Below are positions 49,451-58,188 of a stretch of 64,000 nt of DNA, piece by piece. Each line of letters opens with the position of its first letter. The stretch's first letter is position 1. A program made the translations under genes and the position numbers. The notes beneath the pieces are model-generated. The model did not search any database. It was not told where the DNA came from and worked only from the letters and a program-made list of their open reading frames with translations. The stretch is from assembly GCA_963735035.1 (NCBI GenBank), contig CAVTJJ010000004.1, forward strand, positions 1,120,001 to 1,184,000, in the 5' to 3' direction. The DNA comes from an uncultured candidate division Zixibacteria bacterium. Lineage in GTDB: Bacteria > Zixibacteria > MSB-5A5 > GN15 > FEB-12.

Positions 49451-50160
49451 AATTCGGTGTCGTTACATTCCCGGGGTCCAACTGCGATTTCGACGCTTAC
49501 GCCACGGTCAAGCACGTGTTGCGTGAAGAGGTCGATTTTCTCTGGCACCGGTCGTCCGACTTGATGGGTTCAGACGTCGTGATACTGCCGGGCGGATTCT
49601 CGTACGGTGATTATCTTCGGGCGGGCGCCATTGCCCGTTTCTCACCCATCATGCAGGAAGTAGTCAGGTTCGCCAATTCGGGCGGTTTGGTTATCGGAAT
49701 TTGTAACGGTTTTCAGGTCCTGACCGAAGTTGGTCTGTTGCCCGGGGCGCTGATCAGAAACGTCCATCTGAGATTCGGCGGCAAGTTCATTCATATGCGA
49801 GTTGAAGACATTAGTACGCCTTTTACCTGTGAGTATGAACCGGGTGAAGTGTTAAAGATTCCTATCGCGCACGGCGAAGGGAACTACTACAATTTTGACG
49901 GTGACATTAAGAAACTGGAAGACGCAGGACAGGTGATGTTTCGTTATGTCGATCAGGCGGGCAATGTCAGTGCGGCGGCCAATCCGAACGGGTCGCTCAA
50001 CAATATTGCCGGTATTCGGAATGCCCAGGGCAACGTGGTAGGGCTGATGCCTCACCCGGAACGGGCTGTCGAGAGCATTCTGGGATCGGTCGATGGTCTG
50101 AAGTTATTTGAATCGTTGCGGAGTTCCTGTCGCTCAGCCAAAACTGCGGGGGCGCGATGA
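49447..50160 (+). CDS. purQ: FGAM synthase glutaminase subunit PurQ
   Basis: [27 protein letters not shown] and MPHPER motifs. Confidence 0.96.
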   Translation: MKFGVVTFPGSNCDFDAYATVKHVLREEVDFLWHRSSDLMGSDVVILPGGFSYGDYLRAGAIARFSPIMQEVVRFANSGGLVIGICNGFQVLTEVGLLPGALIRNVHLRFGGKFIHMRVEDISTPFTCEYEPGEVLKIPIAHGEGNYYNFDGDIKKLEDAGQVMFRYVDQAGNVSAAANPNGSLNNIAGIRNAQGNVVGLMPHPERAVESILGSVDGLKLFESLRSSCRSAKTAGAR

Positions 50161-50423
50161 AGAGACGTGAAGCTGCATTTCTTATTACGGCGCTGCTTCT
50201 GGGCGCCCTGTTGGGCGGGTTGTTAGGCGATATAATCGGCACTTTCCTGCCCGATGGAGCCGCCAAGACGGTCTTTGCCAAGTCTATCCAGGTGGGGGTT
50301 GGGCCCAGTCAGGTTGATTTCTACACGATTTCGCTGACTTTCGGTTTTCAGTTCAAGGTGAACTTTATGTCTATCCTGGTCGTACTATTAGTGATTGTGT
50401 ACTTTAGATGGTGGTATTTGTAG
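50157..50423 (+). CDS. DUF4321-like small membrane protein
   Basis: Two hydrophobic segments and the pattern G....D...I.LTFG....N..SI. Confidence 0.65.
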   Translation: MKRREAAFLITALLLGALLGGLLGDIIGTFLPDGAAKTVFAKSIQVGVGPSQVDFYTISLTFGFQFKVNFMSILVVLLVIVYFRWWYL

Positions 50424-50451
50424 ACGCCACGCGTCTACGGAGGTTTGAAAG

Positions 50452-50685
50452 ATGCCTTTTGGAATTGGATTCCCGGAACTGTTGCTGATTTTCCTGGCTA
50501 TCCTCCTGCTGTTTGGGGCCAAGCGGCTTCCCGAATTGGCTCAGGGGCTGGGGAAGGGAATCAGAGAGTTCAAACGCGCGATGAAGGATACCGGCGACGA
50601 AGTCAAGGGCCAGAGCCCCGACAACAGCCGACCGACTATTCCACCGCCTCCCGAGCAACGCCCCGGAACGGAAGATAAGAAATAG
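50452..50685 (+). CDS. tatA: Twin-arginine translocase TatA/E
   Basis: G..ELL.I....[22 protein letters not shown] motif. Confidence 0.95.
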   Translation: MPFGIGFPELLLIFLAILLLFGAKRLPELAQGLGKGIREFKRAMKDTGDEVKGQSPDNSRPTIPPPPEQRPGTEDKK

Positions 50686-50691
50686 ACTCAG

Positions 50692-51171
50692 GTGACTGAA
50701 AGCATGGGCGCAACGTTCAGCCGCAATGATCTCGACCGCATCAGCACCCTTCTCGGAGCCGAGAAGAGTACCGATGAGAAGGATCATTTTCGCTTGAAGA
50801 TCACAAATAAGGAAGAGAAGCGTATTCTTATCCTCGAGGTTTATCCTGAAGTTGATCTCGGCAAGAAGCGCGGAATGCTGGTGGTAGTCTACACCGGTAA
50901 TTCCCATCTTCAGCTTCACAACTGCACGGGATACGTAGTGTCGGAAGATCTCGGCGAGGTTACTTTCGTGGCGGAAGCGTCCGAGCAGCTTTCGGGACTG
51001 GTGGTAGAAAAGGGAGCTTCTTGTTCCCTCTACGCCAGTATCAACCGCTCTCTGATTTCATCGGACTTCACGACCTTGGGTGTCGAGGTCATGCTTTCGG
51101 GTGTAGCCATGTCGCTGGCCGAGGATATTCTCGACAGTGACGACGCCAGGCCCGGCGCCAAGAAGTCCTGA
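50692..51171 (+). CDS. Hypothetical protein
   Basis: Operon-spaced ORF directly after tatA and followed by a terminator. No motif recognised. Confidence 0.7.
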   Translation: MTESMGATFSRNDLDRISTLLGAEKSTDEKDHFRLKITNKEEKRILILEVYPEVDLGKKRGMLVVVYTGNSHLQLHNCTGYVVSEDLGEVTFVAEASEQLSGLVVEKGASCSLYASINRSLISSDFTTLGVEVMLSGVAMSLAEDILDSDDARPGAKKS

Positions 51172-51186
51172 GCGGTCTGTAGATTG

Positions 51187-51221
51187 AAAAAGCCGCCGTG
51201 CCTGAAGGCGCGGCGGCTTTT
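51187..51221. terminator. Bidirectional intrinsic terminator
   Basis: AAAAA-GCCGCCGTGCC-TGAA-GGCGCGGCGGC-TTTT between convergent genes. Confidence 0.85.
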
Positions 51222-51243
51222 GTGTTCTCCCCGGAACAGCCCC

Positions 51244-53700
51244 CTAGTGAGCGGCAAAGGATTCCATGAAATCGTGCAAATCGACGATGACATCGGAAGC
51301 CTTTTGATAGCGCTCAGCCGGGTCCTTCTTCAGTGCTTTCGCGATAATATGATCGAACAGGAGCGGTACCTGCGGACGGATGCTCGACGGTTTCTCCGGA
51401 TCGTTATTAAGAATGGCGTACATAAGCGACGTGAGATTCTCACCTTTGAACGGTCGCCGTCCGAGCAGCATTTCGTACATCATGACGCCGAGCGAGAAGA
51501 TGTCGGCGCGGCGATCGATTTCCTTGCCGCGGAGTTGTTCCGGCGAGATGTAGTTGGGCGTGCCCATGGCAATACCGGTCTTGGTCATCGAGTTGGAGTC
51601 GACACGGGCGATGCCGAAATCCATCACCTTGACCCGATAGTCAGACAGCACCATGATGTTGGCCGGTTTGACGTCGCGGTGGACGATACCCTGATCGTGA
51701 GCGTACTGCAGGGCGGAACAAATCTGTGAAATCATCTGGGCGATTATTTTGTAATTGAAGCGCGTCTTTCTCTTGATCAACTCCTCGAGCGTCTGCCCTT
51801 GAAGGTATTCCATTGCGATGTACTGCAGGCTTCCTTCGGAACCGACGTCATAAATCGTCACGATGTTCGGATGTGAAAGCTTGCCGGCAGCCTGAGCTTC
51901 GCGGTGCAGGCGCTCCTTCAGCTCCGCCAATTCCTCAGGATCGCTGACGAAATCGAGGCGGATGGTCTTGAGCGCCACGGGGCGATTGATGGCCGGATCG
52001 ATGCCCCGATACACGGTACCCATGGCCCCTTTGCCGAGAATGCCCTGAATCTGATAGCGCCCCAGACTCTTGAGGTCGCTCGGGGCCAGCGTGGCGCTGG
52101 GGCTTGCGCCGAACGAAGGCGATACGTCCAGCTTTGAATCGCTTTCGGAGAACCGGTCGCCCAGCAGGGCGGCGGCATCGCTGTCAGAAAGTTTCGCCAC
52201 CGGTTCAAACCCGCCGCTTTCATGTTGCTCATGCTCGTAGACGGCGGAGCGTTCGTATGACTGCTTCTTTTCGGCGTCATCCAGGCTGATGGTTTGGTGG
52301 TCGTAGCTTACATTGCGGCCGGAATCCGACGAAGACATCGCCGAAGTCGCCACATTTTCGGCATCGTGAGGTGTGGCTTTGATTTCACGCGCGGGCGTCG
52401 CCTCGTCGAGCTTCTTGTCAGCCTTGGCGGTCTTGACCTTGGGACGAGCCGTCTTGTGGTCGGCCCGACCCCCCGAAAGCAGGGCGGTATCCAGCAAGGG
52501 CGAGACTCCCATAAACAGGAGCAGTTCGACGGCCACGAAGGCGGTCGGCAGCATCATGCCGTAAGACGAGAATAACCAGAAGTTGATATTTGCCAGAAGT
52601 ATAAGAGCGACGGCAAGAAACACAAACCGGTACATCATGCTTATCCGGGGCAGTATTAACGCCGACACCACACCCAGACCAACCAGAATCATGAGAAAGA
52701 TTTTGGCGAGGTCGGCCCGTGGCGCAATGATATTGTTGTTAATGATATTCTCTATGACAGCAGCCTTCACGAGCATTTCCGAGGCCCGATTCTGGACCGG
52801 TGTCGCAAAGTACTCGGTTTCCGCGCTGTTGAGCAGACCGACGATCACCGCCTTGTTCTTTAGGACGTCACGCTTGAAGTTGTCCGACAATACCTGTTTG
52901 GCGCTGTATTTGGCGAAGGGAACTCCCTCGGAAAATCTTATCTGGAACTCGCCGCGGTCGTTGATCGGGATATATTTGTTTGCGCCCAGTTGTACTTTTT
53001 TGTTTTCCGTGACCTTGATGTTGGCCGGTGACACCCCCAGGTAAGCGGCCGCCGTAAGGAGGCAGCTCGACGGGTAATAGTAACCTTCGTAGTTCATCAC
53101 CAGGGGCTGGTGTCTGACGAAACGATCCGGATCCGGGCGGTTGTAGTCGAAGCCCAGCAGCGGATGGTGTTGGAGCAATTTCTGAGCGGGCAGAAACACC
53201 TTGCGAACGAGCAGGCTCGAGCGTTCGTCCATCACGCCTAGAGGGTTGTCGACCGCGACCGAATTGTTGAAGAGAAATTCCGGGGTGCTCGTCTTGCTGC
53301 TTCGGAAAGTGGTCTCGGCGATGTCGTATCGAAGTACCGCCTGTTTGATCCAGCTCAGCTGGCCGGCCAGGACGTCGGTGCGTCCGGCCGCTTCCTGCGT
53401 AGCATCCTCATTCAATTCGATGTCGAGCAAAATCGCTTTGGGTTCGCCGGCGGCCACGGCCGCACTAAGATCGGCAATCAGGTCCTGGCCCCAGGGCCAT
53501 TTCCCGAACTCCTTTTGAGAGTCGGCGTCGATGTCGACCAGTACCACATTCGGACGCGGGCTCTTGGGCGCCGTCATCCGGCACAGAAAGTCATCCGATG
53601 AGCGCTGAAGGCTGCTGATGGGGCCAAAGTCATTGACCGCCAGCACGACCATCAACAGGGCGATCACCAGATATAATATGTATGGTGAGTACTTGTTCAT
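51244..53700 (-). CDS. CHASE2-sensor Hanks-type Ser/Thr protein kinase
   Basis: CHASE2 (VVLVDID..S...G.WPW, D.D..VR), three TMs, and kinase motifs GKGAMGTV, VALK, HRDVKPAN, DFG, GTPNYISPE. Confidence 0.93.
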   Translation of the reverse strand: MNKYSPYILYLVIALLMVVLAVNDFGPISSLQRSSDDFLCRMTAPKSPRPNVVLVDIDADSQKEFGKWPWGQDLIADLSAAVAAGEPKAILLDIELNEDATQEAAGRTDVLAGQLSWIKQAVLRYDIAETTFRSSKTSTPEFLFNNSVAVDNPLGVMDERSSLLVRKVFLPAQKLLQHHPLLGFDYNRPDPDRFVRHQPLVMNYEGYYYPSSCLLTAAAYLGVSPANIKVTENKKVQLGANKYIPINDRGEFQIRFSEGVPFAKYSAKQVLSDNFKRDVLKNKAVIVGLLNSAETEYFATPVQNRASEMLVKAAVIENIINNNIIAPRADLAKIFLMILVGLGVVSALILPRISMMYRFVFLAVALILLANINFWLFSSYGMMLPTAFVAVELLLFMGVSPLLDTALLSGGRADHKTARPKVKTAKADKKLDEATPAREIKATPHDAENVATSAMSSSDSGRNVSYDHQTISLDDAEKKQSYERSAVYEHEQHESGGFEPVAKLSDSDAAALLGDRFSESDSKLDVSPSFGASPSATLAPSDLKSLGRYQIQGILGKGAMGTVYRGIDPAINRPVALKTIRLDFVSDPEELAELKERLHREAQAAGKLSHPNIVTIYDVGSEGSLQYIAMEYLQGQTLEELIKRKTRFNYKIIAQMISQICSALQYAHDQGIVHRDVKPANIMVLSDYRVKVMDFGIARVDSNSMTKTGIAMGTPNYISPEQLRGKEIDRRADIFSLGVMMYEMLLGRRPFKGENLTSLMYAILNNDPEKPSSIRPQVPLLFDHIIAKALKKDPAERYQKASDVIVDLHDFMESFAAH

Positions 53701-53712
53701 AGCAGCATCACT

Positions 53713-54441
53713 CTATCTTCCCACTTGAAGCCGATCTATCAACGTCTTCGGCATATCGGCCTGGCTCATTTTGGCCTGAGTAGCCTGAATGTCATATTCC
53801 ACTCGATGAAAGCTGATGGACACTTCGCCGGCATCGTAGACAACGTAGCAGGCGCGCGGATCATTGTCGCGCGGTTGTCCCACCGATCCGACGTTGATGA
53901 GATAGCGCGACTCCTCATCCGGATCGAAATCGTGTGCGCCGATCGTCCGAATCTTGCCCACCGGCGGCTGGCAATAGATTACCGGCAGATGGGTATGGCC
54001 GTAGAAAATCAACCGGTGCTTTGATTGCCGGAAAGCTTCTTCCGCGTCGCGGGCCGACAACACGTAATGCCACTCATCGGGCTCAAATGGCGACGAATGC
54101 ACGAGCAAGGCGTTGTCAATTTCGGCAGTCATTTTGAATCCGGAAATCAGCGATAATTCCCGATCCGACAATTGCGACTGGGTCCAGAAGATCGACTGTC
54201 GAGCATTCAGATTCATGGAATCCGACGATAGCACGCCGATGGCGGCGTATTCATGGTTACCCATCAGTTTGATCCGGCACCGTTCTGTCACCAGGTTCAG
54301 ACAGGCCAACGGATCGCAGCCGTAGCCGATGACGTCGCCCAGGGAACACACCTGGTCAACCTGTCGTGTCGAAATATCATCGAGCACCGCTTGCAGGGCT
54401 TCGAGATTTCCGTGGATATCCGATATCAGGGCTGTTCTCAT
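53713..54441 (-). CDS. Calcineurin-like metallophosphoesterase
   Basis: SDIHGN, LGDVIGYG, GNHE, GHTH and NVGSVGQPRD motifs. Confidence 0.92.
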   Translation of the reverse strand: MRTALISDIHGNLEALQAVLDDISTRQVDQVCSLGDVIGYGCDPLACLNLVTERCRIKLMGNHEYAAIGVLSSDSMNLNARQSIFWTQSQLSDRELSLISGFKMTAEIDNALLVHSSPFEPDEWHYVLSARDAEEAFRQSKHRLIFYGHTHLPVIYCQPPVGKIRTIGAHDFDPDEESRYLINVGSVGQPRDNDPRACYVVYDAGEVSISFHRVEYDIQATQAKMSQADMPKTLIDRLQVGR

Positions 54442-55136
54442 CAGGCGTTACCTTCGACGAATTTGAAGACTGACTTACCGATCTGAATCAGGTCGCCGTT
54501 TTTCAACACCGCCCGATCCACCGACTCCCCGTTGATTTTCGTCTTGCCCGACTTCCCTATATTAGCCAGATAGAAACCGTCATTCTCTTTCACGATCTTG
54601 GCCTGGATTCCCGCCAGGAACATGCCTTTGGCGCGGACGTGAACAAATTTGGCTTTGCCGATCGTGGTAACTTCGCGGTCCAGTTTGTATTCGGCGAAAT
54701 CCGAATTCTCTTCGCCCATCAGAACCGACCCGCCGAACTTGGCCACGATCTGGCGTTCCATCTTATCCCGCTCGACCAGATCTTTTTGCTTTTTCGTGTT
54801 CAGCACCATGGTGCCGTCCATCGAGCTCAGCTTGTCGTCGGCAGCCCGGGCTTCGGTATGGTATACGAGAGTATACTTGCCGATGGTGATGATGTCTTCG
54901 TCGCGCAGGACTTCTTCGTTAACCTTGCGGCTGTTGACGAACGTGCCGTTCAGTGACTCATTGTCCATGATGACCGCGGCGTTGTTGTTGAACTCAATCG
55001 TGGCATGCTTGCGCGACACGCCCCGGTTTTCGAGCACGATGTCGTTGTCGTTGGTGCGCCCGATACTGATGCGCTTCTTTTCAGTGACAACGCGTTCGAT
55101 CACCTTGTCATCGAATTTGACTACTATTTCGGCCAT
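54441..55136 (-). CDS. Tandem FHA-domain protein
   Basis: IGR..NDI.L...VSRKHA...S.NGT.VN, followed by a second, degenerate FHA. Confidence 0.9.
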   Translation of the reverse strand: MAEIVVKFDDKVIERVVTEKKRISIGRTNDNDIVLENRGVSRKHATIEFNNNAAVIMDNESLNGTFVNSRKVNEEVLRDEDIITIGKYTLVYHTEARAADDKLSSMDGTMVLNTKKQKDLVERDKMERQIVAKFGGSVLMGEENSDFAEYKLDREVTTIGKAKFVHVRAKGMFLAGIQAKIVKENDGFYLANIGKSGKTKINGESVDRAVLKNGDLIQIGKSVFKFVEGNA

Positions 55137-55365
55137 ACCCGAGCCCTTTCGGTTCTATGTGCACGGCTACCGTTTTCGAAGGCCTTACGAAAGTGGACTG
55201 AACAGGCCCGAGAGGGTGGCCGTAAAGCGCTGCTCTGTCTATGATTGTCGGCATGATGGGCTCGATTCTGAACCGTCACTCTGGGACCACGTTTTTCTGG
55301 TTGCTCTGGCGGTACATCATCCCCTATATTTGCCGCTAAACTGTTGTCACTCAAGAGGTGAGTTG

Positions 55366-56328
55366 ATGAATATACTTGTTGTCGCCCTCCAGAAGAGTTC
55401 CCAGCTGATGCCGGTATCTTTTGAATTGCTGACGGCCGCTCGGCAACTGGGTGGTGGGGTCACGACTGTTGTTTTGGCCGCCGATGCCCAGCCCCTGGCT
55501 TCCCAGCTGGCGGCTCGTGGCGGCGGGAAAGTGCTGGCGGTCTCCAATACAGCCCTGCAGCACTTCAATGAAGAAGTCTTTGCGAAGGTTCTTTTGGAAA
55601 TTATGGGACGAACCAAACCGGATGTCGTCCTTGGTCCGGCCAATTCCTACGGCAAAGCCTTGTTTGCTCGTCTGGCCGGTCTGGCTGGAGGGGCCATGAT
55701 TTCCGACGCTACCGGTTTAGAGCTGGACGGCGACCGGGTAGTGGCTACCCGACCCTGTTTCGGGGGTTCCGTGATCGCGAAGATGGCGGGCAAGAATGGA
55801 GCCGGGCCGCTCTTTATAACCGTGCGCCCCAAGATTTTCGCAGAGTCCAACACCGGAGCCGGGGAAGTGGTGACTGAAACGGTCGCGGCGGGAAGTCTCA
55901 CCTCGCGAACGATCGTGAAGGATGTCAAATCGGAGTCCGGTGGCACCAGGAACCTGGCTGAGGCCGACCGGATCGTTTCCGCGGGGCGTGGTATTCGAGG
56001 CGCCGAAAATGTCGCCTTGATCAAAGAACTGGCTGATTCCCTCGGGGCGGCCTTTGGTTCCTCGCGCGCCGTAGTTGATGCCGGCTGGACCGAGTATTCG
56101 ACCCAGGTAGGGCAGACCGGACGGACCGTCAACCCCAAGCTGTATATCGCGGTCGGAATCTCAGGTGCGATTCAGCATTTGGTCGGGATGCGTTCGTCAT
56201 TCCAGATCGTCGCCATCAACAAGGACAAGGATGCGCCCATTTTCAACGTGGCTAATTACGGGATTGTGGGGGATCTGTTCGAGATCGTCCCGGCTCTAAC
56301 TAAGAAATTCCAGGCCGAACTTAAGTAG
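55366..56328 (+). CDS. etfA: Electron transfer flavoprotein alpha subunit
   Basis: SAGRG, SRAVVDAGW, QVGQTG and GISGAIQH motifs. SD GAGGTG precedes ATG 55366. Confidence 0.94.
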   Translation: MNILVVALQKSSQLMPVSFELLTAARQLGGGVTTVVLAADAQPLASQLAARGGGKVLAVSNTALQHFNEEVFAKVLLEIMGRTKPDVVLGPANSYGKALFARLAGLAGGAMISDATGLELDGDRVVATRPCFGGSVIAKMAGKNGAGPLFITVRPKIFAESNTGAGEVVTETVAAGSLTSRTIVKDVKSESGGTRNLAEADRIVSAGRGIRGAENVALIKELADSLGAAFGSSRAVVDAGWTEYSTQVGQTGRTVNPKLYIAVGISGAIQHLVGMRSSFQIVAINKDKDAPIFNVANYGIVGDLFEIVPALTKKFQAELK

Positions 56329-56348
56329 CCTTTGTCCCATGCGAATAA

Positions 56349-56387
56349 GAAACGGCCCGTCGGTCTCAGACCGGCGGGCCGTATTTG
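56349..56387. terminator. Intrinsic terminator between convergent genes
   Basis: 14-bp stem ACGGCCCGTCGGTC/GACCGGCGGGCCGT (one G-U pair). Confidence 0.75.
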
Positions 56388-56410
56388 TTGTCATGTTATT
56401 CGACGGGCTA

Positions 56411-57862
56411 TTATGGAGCGGATTGAGCCACAACTCTGACGCTGGCGCTGTCGACGAGTTCGCCGCAATAATTAAAGCGGGTGAGTTTGACCCAATACGT
56501 TCCGGCAGTGCTAAAACTATGCGATCTGGTACCGTTATCGGTCGTGTCAGGGTTCGCTGTGCCGAACTTGAATACCCTGCGAACGACGGCCATCGAGGCG
56601 GATGAATCGGCCGCAGTGAAAGAGAAATTCGTATCTACAAGTGTGTCCGATAGCCACAAATTGATCGGAGTCAGCTGATCAGAGTAAGAAACAAGGGACT
56701 TTCGTTCCATAGAGATCGCCGTGTCCGCTCCACACGCCCCACGTACAGTGAGCTTGACTGTGTAAGTGCCAGGATTAGTGTACGCGTGGTAGGGGTTCTG
56801 AGCGTGCGAAGTATCGCCATCGCCAAATTCCCATAGCCAAGTGGTATCTCCGGTGGGAACCCGGTTAAACGCCACCAGGAATTGCCGCCCACCAACCTGA
56901 CACCCAGAGTCCGGCTGGGCGGTGAAATCAGCGGACGAACTTGGATAGGCCACAATGGTATCCTGGTAAGAGGTCACTCCTCCGGCATCGGTTGTTACCG
57001 TCAACGTGACCGGGTAGGTCCCCGCCGTGGCGTAGCTAATATTCTGGACGCCCGGGGGGCCGTTAAACTCGTAGGTAATGCCATTTCCGAAATCCCATTT
57101 CCATTTGACAATGTTACCGATCGGGGCACCGGCGTTATCTACCGGAGCTTTGGAAGAATCGGTGAACGCTACTACCAGGGGAACGCAGCCGATATCGGGG
57201 ACGGCTGTGAAACTAGGAGTTGCACAGTGCAGGACTTGAACGGAATCGGAGACAGAGTCGATACCGCATTCTCCGGTCACGGTCAGTTTGAATTTGTAAT
57301 AGCCGGGTTCTGCGTAAGAGTGCGTTTGGACGACAGAGTCGTCGGTCAGGATGGTCCCGTCACCGAAGTCCCAACGCCACGTGCGTACAATGTACGGATT
57401 GTGGGCTGTGAATTTGACCTCTTCTCCAGGGCAAACCTTGGCGGATGACAGGGATACGCTGTCGACACCATTTCCGACAATCACCGCCCGTTTTTTGGTT
57501 TCGTCATCGACGCCGCCGTTGACCGAATCGATTACTACGAGCTTGACAGTGAACGCACCTTTCTTCGAGAAGGTGTGAGTGACGCCGCCATTGTCGTCCG
57601 GGGATACCCTGATAATCGTATCCGCCTTGGTGCTGTCACCGAAGTACCAAATCCAGGTCTTGATCGGGCCGCTCGAGGCGTCCGTGAAGGTGGCGGTAAG
57701 GGGGACACAACCGGAGTCCGGCGTAACGCTGTATTCCGCGGTCGGGTCGAGCCGGACGTCGGTCTTGATGGTCTGCGTTACGAGGTCGTCGCAGCCCAAC
57801 GATATGAAAACGATGCCGGCGGCTCCGGCCAAAAGAAGGATTAAGAGATTGCGTCTGAGCAT
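56411..57862 (-). CDS. PKD-repeat lipoprotein
   Basis: Lipobox SLG-C and ~5 PKD repeats (W.W.FGD, GC.PL...FTD.S, H.Y..PG.Y.V.L). Confidence 0.88.
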   Translation of the reverse strand: MLRRNLLILLLAGAAGIVFISLGCDDLVTQTIKTDVRLDPTAEYSVTPDSGCVPLTATFTDASSGPIKTWIWYFGDSTKADTIIRVSPDDNGGVTHTFSKKGAFTVKLVVIDSVNGGVDDETKKRAVIVGNGVDSVSLSSAKVCPGEEVKFTAHNPYIVRTWRWDFGDGTILTDDSVVQTHSYAEPGYYKFKLTVTGECGIDSVSDSVQVLHCATPSFTAVPDIGCVPLVVAFTDSSKAPVDNAGAPIGNIVKWKWDFGNGITYEFNGPPGVQNISYATAGTYPVTLTVTTDAGGVTSYQDTIVAYPSSSADFTAQPDSGCQVGGRQFLVAFNRVPTGDTTWLWEFGDGDTSHAQNPYHAYTNPGTYTVKLTVRGACGADTAISMERKSLVSYSDQLTPINLWLSDTLVDTNFSFTAADSSASMAVVRRVFKFGTANPDTTDNGTRSHSFSTAGTYWVKLTRFNYCGELVDSASVRVVAQSAP

Positions 57863-57900
57863 TTCGGTTTCTTCCCGTGAAAAATGGCTGTCGCCGAGGG

Positions 57901-57929
57901 TATATACGCCGGAATGGCGACGGTGTCAA
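57901..57929 (-). promoter_or_regulatory. Sigma70-type promoter of the PKD lipoprotein gene
   Basis: TTGACA-N17-TATATA on the minus strand. Confidence 0.65.
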
Positions 57930-58188
57930 TTTATAAACGCCACGGGGGGGAGAGGTTCCACGATTGCGATACAATCCTATGCGAACCTGAAGCGGGTCAA
58001 AACGATATAAGAAGAGATGGGAAGTAGAGGTTGCCACGGGGAGGTCATTTGGTTATGTTTGAGGCTTGATGTGCGGCATGCGGCCGTGGGCCCAGAAGGG
58101 AATCCGCCTTCGACCGTTATGCAAATCCGACCGGACCGGTTTCTCGGTGGACCGTGAAATTGGCGGTCGATACTCGCAGAGGTGCAGG

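Noticed and set aside
51184..51729. 181-aa plus-strand ORF
   Set aside because: It is antisense to the kinase domain and overlaps a terminator, a common shadow ORF.
54649..55365. Long N-terminal extension of EtfA
   Set aside because: It is an antisense shadow of the FHA gene. The SD and homology start at 55366.
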